This document shows positions 35,830 to 49,697 of a DNA stretch of 64,000 nt, one piece after another. Location: contig JAGIQG010000030.1 in NCBI GenBank assembly GCA_024679065.1, positions 6,262,001 through 6,326,000 on the forward strand, read 5' to 3'. This DNA is from Sphyrna mokarran. Its lineage: Eukaryota. Under the pieces are notes generated by a model, which had not been told where the DNA came from, did not search any database, and worked only from the letters and a program-made list of their open reading frames with translations. Each line of letters starts with the position of its first letter. The stretch's first letter is position 1. The translations under genes were made by a program, and so were the position numbers.

Positions 35830-36370
35830 ATGACCTTCCCACATTCTATATTCAATAAACTTGAGACCATCCAGAACTTTGCTGCCTGTGTCTGAACTCA
35901 CACCATTCATCCATACCTCCCGGTGCTTTCTGACCTATATTGGTTTCCTGTTAAGCAGCACCTCAACTTTAAAATGTTCATCCTCATTTTCAAATCCATG
36001 CATAGCCTCTAGCTTATGTAAGGATAATTAAAGTTCCTCTAATCTATAGTTCCTGTTTCCCTATCTCTGCAATCTCCTCCAGCTCTGCTGTACAACAGAG
36101 TCTCTGCACTTTTTCAATTCCAGTCTCATAAATGTCCCCTATTATAGTTATTCCACCTCTAGTGGCTGCGCCTCCAGTTGTCACAGCAATAAAGCTTCAG
36201 AATTCTCTCCCTCTCTTTCTTCTAAGACACTCCTTAAAATCTATCTCTTTGACCGAGCCTTTTAACAGTTTTATGTGACTTAGTGACAAATTCTGCTTTA
36301 AAATGCTTCTGCGAAGTACCTTGAAATGTTTTATTATTTTAAAGATGCTATATAAATATACCTGTTAGTG
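35830..36370 (+). mobile_element. Decayed L2-type LINE 3' end (other L2-like relics about 13430-13830 + and 16580-16760 -)
   Basis: KLETIQNFAA, PVLSDLYWFPVKQHLNFKMFILIFKSMHSL peptides and a gctatataaat tail. Confidence 0.7.
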
Positions 36371-37459
36371 TCTTAAAGGAGCTAAGCGAGGTAAAGAGAC
36401 AAAAATGTTTAGGGAGGGACTTGCAAAACTCAACGCCAGGACAAGACCCACAGTGGTGGGGCAAATGAAATCAGGGTGCGCAGGGCGCTTTAACTGGAGT
36501 AACACAGATTTCTTGCAAAGATGTCTGGCTGGAAGATGTTATGGACAATAACAGCTGACATATAAATCTCCTTTCACCTTCATCTTCATGTTTTAAGTAT
36601 GAAAATTTTTCAATAGGATGGGAAAAATGGCCATTAAAAGTAATCTTTTATACGTTGGTATAAAATATACTCAAATTTCTATTTTCACTTATTTAGACTA
36701 GCGTGAAATCTTTCCAACAGATTGTTCAATAGTTGAGCCAACATCAGACAGCTCAGTGTTGGACTAATATTTGTGACACGCTGCTACAGAACAGATCGAT
36801 AGGTGCTAAATAGGGCAAATTCAATATTTCCAGCTAAAATTGACATTGGTTTTGAGATCATCTAACTGTGAGCTGTCCTGACTAGTACATTTGCGTGGCA
36901 CTGAATCACGCAGACTGGAAAGATCCCAATTTGTGCTGAATTAGGTGTTCTTAACTAGGATAATAGCAGCTTAGGAAGTGTGAAGGTTGGTGCTGTAATT
37001 ATTCTCAGAATCCCGCCAGGAAGAGAAAAGATAAGCCAGGTAACGATATCTACTCAGTGACCTCTCCCCTCTTGGTAAGTCTACCTGGCAGGTCAGCAAC
37101 TGAGGAACGGATTGATAGTTTCTCTATCGTTTATAACTGCAAAATCCAGACCTTTATCCGTCGAGAAGACTTCTTGACAGTTAGTCTCACGTACGATGAC
37201 TTGGATGAGATACGAGGCAGAGTTTTTAGTGGATTTGTAATGTAGCATGAGCCCAGTGGTGAAGAAGAATGGAGAAGATTGACAGAGAAACAGAGGAATG
37301 CAGTAACTGGGACAGTTTCAATGCTGCTCCGAACACACTCAACCACAAAGATAATGTTCAACATATTTGTTAGACTTGCTTGCTATTGGGAAAATAAATA
37401 GAATTTGACATGAAACAAATGCTAACTGAGTTTGATGCTGTGTTTTTAAAACACAGACT

Positions 37460-37816
37460 GTGGCGATGCACTGGCATAGTGGTATTGTGGCTGGACGATT
37501 AATCCAAAAACTCAACTAATGTTCTAAGGACTCAGGTCAAATCCTGCCACAGCAAATGGTGGAATTTGAATTTAATTTTAAAAAAATCTGAATAAAGAAT
37601 CTACCGATGACCATGAAACCATTATCAATTGTTGGAAAAATGCATTTGGTTCACTAACGTTCTTTAGGGGAGGAAATCGCCTGTCCTTACCTGGTCTGAC
37701 CTACATGTAACTCCACAACCACAACAATGTGATTGACTCTCAACTGCCCTCTGAAGAGCAATAGGGAAAGGCAATAAATATTAGCCAACTATGTCCCACA
37801 ATTGAATGAAAAAAAA
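37460..37816 (+). mobile_element. Uninterrupted copy of the tRNA-headed SINE-like derivative (related pieces at about 17525-17575 plus 17870-18185, and 34830-34930)
   Basis: Same head, core and tail as 29189-30558. Confidence 0.75.
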
Positions 37817-39189
37817 GACCATCAATACTGTCTGTAGACAATGAACAGAAACAGCTTTTTGTCTAAAATACTTACAATTTTTCCCCCTTCAATGTACTAA
37901 GCCTGCCATGGAAATTAGGTTGCCACTTTCTTGTATCTCATGATGTGGCCTTTCATTCCCCCCAAGCCCACAGACTTTGTGGCATCCTGTCCTTACTTAA
38001 ATGGCAGAAGTTGAAGCTGGGCTAGACACAGAGGTTTGAAGGGCAGCGAGAGACTAGAGAGAGAAAGAGAAATGTAAGTGGAGCCAGCAAGACAGAAATA
38101 GAAGCTTTCTGAATTTATTCAATGGCACAAAACATGAAAAGCTATGGCCAGAACTTTCCAACTGTTTGCGCCAGCAGGATTTTCCCGTCCCACTGCAGTG
38201 AACAGAAACTTGGTTTATCGCTAACTTTTCCAACTTCACTGCAGCGAGAGCGTGGCGTGAACAGGTGATAAGACCTCCATGTGAGTAAAGTTCTAATTCA
38301 CAGAATCATAGAACCCTCTAGAGTGTTGAAGATGCCACTCAGTCCATCGAGACTGCATTGACTCTTGACAGAGTGTTTTGCCCAGATTCTCTCTGCTGCC
38401 CTATCCCCATTACTCCACACATCTCCCCATGGCTAATCCATCCAACCTACACATCATGGGACTCTAAGGGGCAATTTCACGTGACCAATTCACCCAACCT
38501 GCACTTTCCTGAATGAGAATTTTGATCCCATATTATCTGGTCTTATTTCCTGCAATTGTTCATGCTGAAATGTAGACATGACATTTGCTTCAGTCGAAAG
38601 TTCTGCTTGTGAATTCCACAGCCGTGCAATCTTACATGTCAGGAAGGTTGTCTCTTCACTGTTTTAAACTTTTTACAGTTAATGTTCCACCTCTAACCCC
38701 ATGTTATAGACATTTCACTCATTTTCACCCACCCATTTCTATCTGCTCTGTTCCTTTCCTAATTTTAAACACTTGCACCAAATCGCCCCTCAGTGTTGGA
38801 AGGGTTAAGTCTGTCCTGCTTGACTCGAGCCAACCTCAGAGCTGAATACGCTCCCTGTATGTGTGGATCTGGTGACCGTTATTTTAGAGAATTGCAGCTT
38901 GTGCTGTATGGATGAAAGCTCCTGCTGATGGGCCAAGGGAGTGGGGGTAAGGTTCCTGTCAGGAAATGAGCAGTGATGCAGTGGGACACTCGCCAGCAGT
39001 TCAGAAATTTGCCCCAGACAGCAGAGCATTGAGGTGTTCAATAACATCATAATTGCTCACTCGTCAAGACCAGAACTTCAATTTCAAAAATCTGCTCAAA
39101 CACATTTCTGTACTGACAGCATCCTCAATCCTCCACAGCCCTGTTCCTGTAATGCGTAACATTCACCCTGTTCTGTTACTTGGCTGCAG

Positions 39190-39490
39190 GCAGTGGCAGG
39201 GGAGAGGACGACATGAGTGGGGTGGCATGGATGGGAATGCAGGGGGATGGCATGGATGGAGTGGCATGAGTAGGGTAGCATGGGTGGAGGTTGTAGAGGT
39301 GGCATGGGTGGATGAGCATGAGTGGAGGTGGCATGACAGAGGTGAGTGGGGGATGGCACAGATAGGATGGTATATGGATGGGGGTGTAATGGAAGACATG
39401 AGTGGGGTGGCATGGGTGGAGATTGTAGGGGGTGACATGGTGGGTGGACATAGGGGGTAGCACAGGTGGAGGTTGGAGGAAGCCATGTTG
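39190..39490. repeat. Degenerate G-rich low-complexity repeat (GGCATGGGTG-like)
   Basis: Recurring ggcatg/ggtgg units; source of several spurious ORFs. Confidence 0.75.
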
Positions 39491-41473
39491 TTGGACAAGG
39501 TGGCATCTCGTGACCTTTCTTGCAAAGTTCATCCCCCATGACTGAATATCCTCATGGCATGTACTCACTGCCTGGATTCACGCTTGGAGAATGGTCACTT
39601 GAATGAGTTCACAGAGGGTTGTTGTCTCCCAGCAAAGTCGGGAGAGAAGAGAATCAATTAGGTAAATAGTAAACAATTCTTTATCACAAGTGATGTATCT
39701 GTGTTCATGTCTATCCTCAAATCACTGTGTCCAAAACACTCTCATATCAACATCATAAATGACAACGTTAGAAAAACATATTTTTACTGGTTTCATCCAA
39801 GACCAAAAGCCAACAATCAAAATGTTTCTGCTGTTTGTCACATCCCAAAATCACGTTGGACATTCAGACAGAACATGGCAGAGGCTCACTGTGAAGCACC
39901 AGCCTGAGGAAACACCAGGGGGTGCTACAACCCCATCAGTTGTGTGAGTAAGTAGCTGCTATTTACAGAGGTTTTAAAGTGTTCGTAAACTGGTCATAAA
40001 TCTGCCTTTTATTCTGTTTGCAACCAATCAACTTTGAAGCAAAGATTATAAACACATTTATAGCAAGTTTGTGATGCAAGCTAGGGAGGTGTACTCCTCA
40101 TGTAAACTCAGAAAATAAGGACGGGAGGTCTGAGTATCTCAGAACAGAAAGGACAGGACCATCCTCTGAAGCAAAGTTTTGATCTGTTACATAAAAAACT
40201 CACATCTGTTGATTTGATTGGGGGGGGGGGGTCAGTGGAGCAGTTAATATAATAATGGGTGCAACAAAAGTGAATTATTTTTTAAATATGTGTTGTGGGA
40301 GGAGTTTATATCACTTTTCAGATCATGGTGTGGTTCAGAAAATGCACTGGTTTGCAACAACTTACAGGCATGCAGAGATACATAGATTTATACATATGGA
40401 CAGTTGATTCTCATTCTCAAAGCCAGAGGCAATCTCAGTTGAGGGTCTCAGAGCTTGTGGGGGAGGTGAAATGCAAGGGGCAGCAGGATTAGAATGTACT
40501 TTAATCTGAATTAAATTGTAAGTGTTGGAAAGCCTGGAATGCATTACGTCAACTCTTTCCCACGGTCAAACTCGTGTCAACTCCTCAAGGTTTGACCAAG
40601 AAACAAATTGCCGTTGATCATTGGGAAGTGTTTAACAAGATCAAGATGTTTAAAAATTCACAATTTCTGAGCAACATTTTTGTATTTTTTTTCTAATTTG
40701 CCTCACACTTGCATATTTAGCTTCATGGTACAGTCACAACGTGTCCTTTATCTGTTTTTAAATATGTACAAAGTTGTCTTTGGACATGACAATTTCTAAT
40801 TTGGGGGATAGGGTGAAATATTGGGTAGAAAACAAGGCGGAGATGCTACATGGTGTCATTTGATCTGTGGCCTATTCGGCCCAGCTCAATGAGATGTAAT
40901 ATCTTCGTGTTGTTTTAGCCTCTAGCACTGACCCAGTTTGTGTCCTGGGTTGCCTCTGAGGGGATTCAGCACTTGCCTGATGCTCTTCATTCTTCATGTT
41001 CTGCATCTTCAGGGTGTTTCTCAACAGACAATTTAAGAATCAGAGATATGGTTGGCTGCCATATGCATACAACAGCACCAGTCACTAGCCTCTCCCCATT
41101 CCCTAGAGATTTTAATTTTATTCAGCCAACAAAGCTGGAACTCATTTACAGAAAGTTGATGAACGCAAGCTCAATTTTTTTGTATCTGCTTCTCCAGACA
41201 TTATTGACTTCTGGGGGATTGCTGCGTTGGGACTAACAGCCCCCATTAACCTCATACATTGTTCATGGCTGAAGAAGTCAAACAATATTGAGATGTTCAA
41301 TCTTGCGATCCACCAATAGGTGCACACTTGTTAGCCTGAAAAGCTACAAGACGATTTTGAAGGCATACGTTTAGGAAAGGGATTTTCCCAAGGTACTAAC
41401 TTCACTTCCACTGGTAGAGTGAGGAGTGAATGAAGTGCATGTTGGTACACAGACCTAGGAAGGCCGCAGGGAG

Positions 41474-41593
41474 GGGCAGGTAAGGCTTTTGATGGATAGG
41501 TAAGCTTTCTGATGAGTAGGCAAGGTTGCCAATGGGTAGGTAAGGTTGCTGATGGGTAGATAAGGCTACTGATGGTCAGGTAAGGCTGCCAAT
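41474..41593 (+). repeat. Minisatellite, 6 x 20 bp, consensus GGGTAGGTAAGGCTGCTGAT
   Basis: Six consecutive exact-period 20-nt units read directly from the sequence. Confidence 0.85.
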
Positions 41594-44500
41594 GGGTTTG
41601 AAAGAATAACAATTTATTTCAAGTCAATTCCCTAGTACTAGAGGAGGCAATAGATTGTGGGTACATTATTGACAGATGTATAGGATAGAGTGCCAGTTTC
41701 ACACTACATGTAAGCTGGGTCACTGGAGGCCAAGTAGAGGCTATTTTTCAAAATTACATGGTGCGTACAACAATGTCAATCAGGATTAACCTGTGTTAGA
41801 GTACAATATGCTTGTAGAAAAGGACTGTCGGATGTAAAATCAGCTCTTGGCATGTAAAGAATTTACATCTTTTAGTCACTAAATCACTTCACATCCTAGA
41901 GCCCTACAGCCTCCAAAATGCTGCAGTTGTCTGGGAATATGCAGCATACTGTCACAACACAGCAGGTAACAGTAATATCGACAAGATGAATAGCCCTTAT
42001 GAACAGTATATGAGACAATGAAGAAAATGCAACACTGAGGCGTCTCAGTGAAGAACGCTTCTGAATAAGAAACACATGTTCTCCTGGAAGATAACCCCAC
42101 TTCAATTTCCCTCTTGTTAAAATCTTTCTGGTTCCCATTTTATTGGTGGTATTCATGTATCTTTGAAATGCCCTTTCTTGTCCTGCCAAAAAGACTAACT
42201 CCCTTATCCTCCACACTCCTCCTGTACATCAAGATTCACCACACCTTCTCCTATTACAATTTTATCATTTCCCCAGAACCTGAGAATGACACCCAGCCAG
42301 CCATGAGGTATGACTGGGAGAGCCAAACGTGCAAATTCCTTTTGTGTCAGACCCTCCTGACTTAACGGGAACCAGCTGTTGCAGGAAGCCACACAAACAG
42401 ATAGGAAGTCAGGCTTTCGATTTAAGGATAAACAACAGAGGAAGGGTCCTGGGCTGAAAATCTTGGGGGTTGGATCTAATAGAAAACAGAAACAGTGTGT
42501 GCAAGAGGGTCTGGTTAAAATTTACAAGCTGACAATTATTACACGGCTCATTCCTGCCATTTAAATGTTTGCTTAAGTATGGAGCAGATGTTTGTGGAAT
42601 AGTCTGAACAAATAACACCTAACATCTGGCAGGCAGCTGGGCTGGAAGATTCCTGAATTAACAAGTGCAATACATGGGCAGATAACAATGAGATTAAGTT
42701 CTGGTCACAGAATCCCAGGAGGGATAAAGGTCTGGATTTTGCAGTTATAAACAATAGAGAAACTATCAGCATTTGCTGTCCATACACTTTGAAATCTCTA
42801 CAACTAAACCTGGAATTCTAGAAGCATCCATTAGATCTTCTAATGCAGCATTGTTGGTGGGTTTTTTTTAAAGTTTATATTTCCTGATGTAAATGTCCCA
42901 ATCCTTATTTTCTCTGTACTATATATGAAGAGGAAAAGTTAATCAGGGCACTGTGATTCCTGGTTTGCTGTCTGTGAGAATTCTTCACAGTCATTGGTTG
43001 CTCACAAACATTTGATGGAATCACTGCTTTGAATGACTGGGCATCCTTCGACTTTGACGCTAAATTCAAACTGACTTTCGGAAATGTGAATCCACATCAC
43101 AGGCAAGGCTGAATCTTTGTGGGCTGTTCTCATCGAGGACAGCGCTGAATGCCCACTGACCACAAAATCCAGGCCATTATTACCCTTGGAGAGTGCAAAT
43201 GGAATAGTGGCAAAAATTCCAATATCATACATTTAAGTTATGAAGAAAGGTTAAAGATGTAAGATGTAAGGATTTGAAGAAAACCAATTAAATTAACGTG
43301 GCAAATTGTTCACCTGTAATGAAAAGCTCAAATTCCAGGGACAAAGTAAAAATTATGATGAGATATGAAAGCTGGGGGAAATTATTCTTTACCCAGAGTT
43401 TTTAAAGAAGCAGTTACGGCTCCCGTAAAAACTATTGTTTCTTTTTAAATTGAACTTCCAGTGACTGACTGAAAGGATCATACAATAAGATTTCAAGTTT
43501 TAAAATTTCAACTGTAGTAAATGAATTGAACAAACATGGAACTAAATACTATTTTAAGAAAACAACTTCTACACTGAATCACCTAAAAGTTTAACGTTAC
43601 CTTTTAAAATAACCAAACTCCCCCTCCACAGTAATACTTTACTCTGTCCTTTATTTTCCACGAACTAGTTCAAAGTGATTCTCAAATCATAAGGGTTTTT
43701 TCTCTTTCCTTATTCATTGGTGCTTTTCTTCCCCTTTCCCAGCCAGATAAGTCCTAATCCCAGAATGAGGCTCACAGTGAGGGACAAATTGGAGAATTTT
43801 CTCTCTAGCCAAAACTGGGCAAACTTTTCAGCCTCATTTAAACCTTCCCAAATCTGGTCTCTTCACTTCAAGCATGAGTTTCCATCTACATTGTGTGGGT
43901 AACAATTGAGGCTTGCAACCTCTATCCCACTTGCATATTGTCCATGTCTGAGATTCAGATCTTTAAAGAAAACCTGTAACCAATTCTACAATGGCTTCCT
44001 GTGGATTAATTTCCCTCTCAAAAGCGAACCACAACGTGAATCACAAAGCCCCAGTGTCCTGGTAGTAATGTTAATTAGCTATCCTGTGGACCCCTAACTC
44101 CATTCTATCATGGAATTAAATAGATAATTTAAAGTATAACCATTTATAAACTCTGACATCCCCAACATCTCGATGAGACTTGGAAACCAAGAATCCATCC
44201 ACCATCAACACAGCCATTCAGGTCATTGTTTACAGGTATGCACATCTTTCCTCTTTTCAGTAAAGCAACCTAGGCCGCTTTAATCTTTAATAAATGGAAC
44301 TACCCCAGGTTTGTCATCACTAGCATTCAGAACAGGTCAAACAAACCCTTCATTCCTCCATCTTACGCTAAGTTACAGAAAAACACTAGGGTTCTCTAGC
44401 CTCCTTGCAGCATTTTTCTCAGCAGCGAGTGATGGCTGCCATTATCTAGTATCTTCCAGTCCCATCACTGTTAATGAGATTTCCGCAACAGTTTTCCCAT

Positions 44501-47438
44501 CACTGCTGATCCAAACAAGTCTCTTTGAAATCAATTCAATGATATCAGAGACAGATAAGTCAATGGGAATTAAAGGTTATGGGGAAGTAGGTAAGTGGAA
44601 CTGAACCACTATTTGACCAGCAATGATCTTAATGAATGGCAGGGCAGGCTCGAGGGTCTAGATGGTCTACTCCTGCTCCTATTTCTTATATTAAGTGTCT
44701 CCCTGCAGCGACGATGTGCTGTCAGCAGGACCAGAAGATTCCGCCAGTGTGACCAGGAGATAGTGTCCAAACTCTCAAAGCATAACCATCCTATAAATGT
44801 TGTATTTCCGACAAATCTACCATCGCAGGATCTTGAAAAAACACACTATAGATGAAAGACAGAAAACAATGGATGTAAATGAGAGACAGGAGGGAATGGG
44901 GAATATAGTGAAAGCTGTATAACTGACATTTGGATCTATAAAGAAAATAGCTTGAGGGATAAATATACATCCCCATTTATTTTTGGAAGACCAAAAACGT
45001 CTGGATATTTCTAAAACCAGATCCAAATATTCATTCCTGATTGTGCTCTAGACATCATATCAACCCACATAACTCACTTGACAGAAATGTCCCAAACTGT
45101 AAAAGTCTGGTTTTGATTGCTGCATTAAAAAAAAGTTCAAACACTGTGAAAAGATCAATTTTGTATATGCCCAAAGGAGCCCCTGACAGCCCTGCTTATC
45201 CCTTCATTTGATATTTTATTGGGCAATAGTTCTCATTCCCTATTCTTTACTGGAACTATCGGTGTGACCCTTTTACCAATACACTCATTGCTTCTCTGAA
45301 CTTTACTCGTGTTGTTCCTATTTTCTAAACGTCCATTTTATTAAATGTTAAAAAGAAATATTATAATGGGCGGCACTGTGGTTAGCACTGCTGCCTCATA
45401 GCGCAGAGATATGATCCAATTCCAGTCTCGGGTGAGTGTGGGTGTGGAGTTTGTATGTTCTCCCTGTGCCACTGAGGGTTGCTCCACTTTCCTCTCGGTC
45501 CAAAGCCGTGCAGGTTAGTTGGGTTGGCTATACTAAATTGCCCCTTAGTGTCCAAAGATGTGTAGGTTAGGGGGGTTAGCTATTGGAGACTATGGTTCTA
45601 AATCCAATCAAACTTTGCCTCCAGAGGTGGATTTTTGTTTAGTACCAGAGGTAGTTTTTTTCAAGTGTCCCATACCGTTTAGTATATTTCTTGCTTTGTC
45701 ATTGCTGATTTTTCAGTGGGCAAGGAGAATGATGGGTTAGACATAGTTTTAGTAGCCTGGATTTTCTGAAGTAACAGATTAAGTCTATTTAGGGCAAGAA
45801 TAATTTTGACATCCAAACAAAAGTGTCAATTTATATATTCATTGTCACTTTGGCAAACCCATGTTGGAACCTGCTATCTAACATTCCTGTGGTGATGAAA
45901 ATAGGCTAAAGTTTAAACTCAATGAGGACACTGGATGTCACATTAGTCTCAACAGCTTCCAATTTGGCAATAATTTTAGCTTAGAACTTTTATTAGCAGC
46001 CTCATGGCTATCAGCAATTTATGGTCATAGAGATACACAGCAGGGGAAGAGGCCCTTCGGCCCAACTCATCCACGGTGACCAAGTTTCCTAAACTGAGGT
46101 AGTCCCAATTACCTGCATTTGGCCGCTCCTACCCTTGTACCTGTCCAATATCGCTCAGTGTTGTAATTGTACCCACCTCTACCACTTCCTCTGGCAGATC
46201 ATTCCGTATACATGCCACCATCTGTATGAAAATGTTGCTCCTCAGGTTCCTTTTACACCAACAACTTTCCTCCATCCAGCTGGACTGATCGGCATAGGCA
46301 TAGGCCAATTTGCCCACCACAAGTACATAACTGACTTCATGATAGAAAAGTCGGCCAGGATGAGGCATACCTCTGAGATGGGTGGAAGCCCCAGGACACT
46401 GATTATATCTCTACAAGAGAACACTATCTAACTCAGGAAAAAACTGATTTGATTTTGTGAAGAGTGAATATTGGCACAGTGATTCGTACTGCTGCCTCAC
46501 AGCATCGGGGACCCCGGTTCAATTCCAGCCTCACGTGAATGTGTGTTTGGAGTTTGCAAACTCTCTCCGTCTGCATGAATTTCTTCTAGTGCTTCCTCCC
46601 ATAATCTGAAAAGACATGCTGGTTAGGTCGATTGGCAATTTAGTATGACCAATTAGAGTCAGGGGGATTAGTAGAATAAATACATGGGGTTACAAGGATA
46701 GGGCCTCAATGGAGTTTTTGTCGGTGCGGGCTCAATGGGTTGAATAGCCTTGTTCTGCACTATTGGGTTACTATCATTTTATGGACAAAGTATAACATAT
46801 AAGATTTAAAGAAATAAATATAGAGGGCTTGGTGACATGTGATTAAACTCCACACTGCCTTTGAATCTATAACAGACTCTCTTAGGTTCCTACACAAAAT
46901 AAATTTGAACTGAAGTCATAGCACAAAACTAATTCCATGCTAACACTAAACTGGCAAGCCCCATCACAAAAACCGCAATGATAGTGTGATCTGGACTGGG
47001 ACCACATAACAGGAGTGGAAAAAGTTTCAAATCCGTCTCATAAACATAGCTTACCTTTATACGCACATTTTTATAAATATACCAACTGGTTGCTCATAAT
47101 GTTGCTGATGATAAATGGAAGGATAGCATTTTGTAATAGGGGAGTTATTGATAAAATCTGGCAGAGAAACATTCCAAGTGTAGTCCAGGAATTCTCACCA
47201 TTCAAGACTTTCAATAAATAAGTAGCTTAGGTTATAGGAAGGATAGACATTTTGGAATTTAGTTTATTTTAGGGGTTCAGGAACAAGTCAAACATAACTT
47301 TCCCTTAAATAGCTGGAGTAGAACCATCATTGGTGTACATCATGTAAGATGATTTGAATAGCTTTTTCTCAAGCAGTTCTTTCAAAATAATCTTAGGGAA
47401 CATAAATCAAGGTGCAGTGAGATAATGCTAGCTAAGGT

Positions 47439-47590
47439 ACAAAGAACAAAGGACAAAACAGCACGGGAAACAGGTCCTTCGGTCCAACGAGCCCGCGCCG
47501 CCACCCCGATGTTCCCATCTCTACCCGCGATCCCTGTCCATGTTTATAGATCTACGGATTAAAAACCGAATTTGAGACAATTTAGGGAGA
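47439..47590 (-). mobile_element. Shorter antisense copy of the same CR1 3' end
   Basis: Reverse complement of about 30328-30486. Confidence 0.85.
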
Positions 47591-49045
47591 CAATACTTTT
47601 TCACTTCATTTTCCTCTGCTTCAGTCATAAACTGTGCCTAGGGTGGGTGTGGTCCATCTTTTTTTACAACTCATTAGTGGGACATGGGCATTGCTGGCTA
47701 GTCAATATTTATTGCCTAAGCCTAGCTGCCATTGAGAAGGTAATGGTGAGCTGCCTTCTTGAATTGCTGCAATTCACGTGCTGTGGGTTAACCCACAATG
47801 CTGTCGTAGGGAGGACGGGGGGTGGTGGGAGGGAAGGAATTCCAGGATTTTGACCCAGCAACCGTGAAGATTAGCACTATATTTCCAAGTCAGGATGGTA
47901 GGCGACAGGATGGGAGGGTAACTTGCAAGGGGGTGACGTTCTCATGTATCTGCTGCCCTTGTTCTTTTAGTTGGAAGTGGTCCTGTGTTTGAAGGTGCTG
48001 TCAATTCATCTTTGGTGAATTGTCACCAAATGTGCACTTGAATCATAAGCCATTCCTTCTGCAATAAGGTGTTTCTTGGTTCTGTTCTTCCTTTCCACAC
48101 CATGGTATACATGTGAACTTTGTGAAACCCAGTGTTGTTCAAACTTGGGAACTAAGATAAGCAAGGACAGAATGCAAGTTCCAAGTAAATGTGGTCTGAA
48201 CTGATCACTCCCTTTGAGCAGATTTTGAGTTCTCTTAACGACCACTGGATTTATTTTACTGCTTAAAAACTATTCTGGAGTGTAACTTCTTTAAAAGCTA
48301 TGTTAGAATCATGAGGCAGCACAGTGGTTTCACTGTGTCAGGGACTTGGGTTTGATTCCTGGCTTCGGTCACCATCTGTGTGGAGTTTGCATGTCCTCCT
48401 CATGTCTGCATAGGTTTCCTCTGGGTGCTCTGGTTTCCTCCCACATTCTGAAAGACAATGGTGAGATGCATTGACCTAAACAGATGCTGGACTGTGGTGA
48501 CTAGGGGAATTTCACAGCAACTTCACTGCCGTGTTAATGTAAGGTTTCTTGTGATTAGTAAATAAACTTTAACTTTGATAAGCAAATTATTATTGATAAG
48601 GTTGAGATTTTTGCATTCTTTCTAAGTGCAATATGTGTTTCTTAAAGTTTCTGTATAAATAAATAGAGAAAAAATAAGTTGGTACCAATTATGGACTGAA
48701 AAAAAGCCAAAAAGATCCAAACTTTGTAACTTGCAGTCTCTACCCAGTTTGATTAATAGCTCTCCCTGAAGTCAACTCTGCCAGGATTTTCCTACAAGGA
48801 GGAAGGAGCAGGTCATCACATTGTACTGATTGGAATCTGGCTGTCCTTGTTCACTCATGTTTAGAAATATCATTCTTCAACATGAAACAATGAGTTTGTG
48901 CGTTTGCAAATAACCTCTCACTTTCTGAACACAAAGCACACTTAGTATTTTCTCTCCCAGACCAACAATTCTCAGCAGGGTAGTGCAGGGACATCGGAGG
49001 TAAAAAGGGGAAATAAGCCATTTCAAAACCAGGCTAGGGTAACTG

Positions 49046-49697
49046 TGCGAAGTCTTTGAAAGTTGGCACCCAGGTTGATAAAGGTGTTAAGAAAGCGTAC
49101 GGTGTGTTAGCTTTTATTGGTAGAGGGATTGAATTTAGGAGCCGTGAGGTTATGTTACAACTGTACAAAACTCTGGTGCGGCCGCACTTGGAGTATTGCG
49201 CACAGTTCTGGTCGCCGCATTATAAGAAAGATGTGGAAGCATCGGAAAGGGTGCAGAGGAGGTTTACCAGGATGTTGCCTGGTATGGTGGGAAGGCCTTA
49301 TGAGGAAAGGCTGAGGGACCTGAGGTTATTTTCATTAGAGAGAAGGGTTACGCGGTGACCTAATTGAGGCGTATAAGATGATCAAGGGATTGGATAGGGT
49401 GGATAGTGAGAGCCTTTTTCCTCGGATGGTGATGACCAACACGAGGGGACATAACTTTAAATTAAGAGGTGGTAGTTATAGGACGGATGTCAGAGGCAGG
49501 TTCTTTACACAGAGGGTGGTGAGGGCGTGGAATGCCCTGCCTGCAGAAGTTGTGGACTCGCCTACTTTGGGGGCATTCAAATGTTCGGTGGATAGGCATA
49601 TGGATGATATTGGAATAGTTTAGGTTAGAGGGTCCACTGGCTGGCGCAACATCGAGGGCCGAAGGGCCTGTACTGCGCTGTAACGTTCTATGTTCTA
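49046..49697 (+). mobile_element. CR1 3' fragment, closely related to the 25733-28486 element
   Basis: LYKTLVRPHLEYCAQFWSPHY and RTDVRGRFFTQRVV peptides; same ggcgcaacatcgagggccgaagggcctg tail. Confidence 0.92.

Noticed and set aside
39053-39568. Cluster of 120-147 aa ORFs
   Set aside because: Produced by a degenerate low-complexity repeat.
41474-41593. CRISPR-like periodic array
   Set aside because: Contiguous tandem units without unique spacers, in a vertebrate context with no cas genes.
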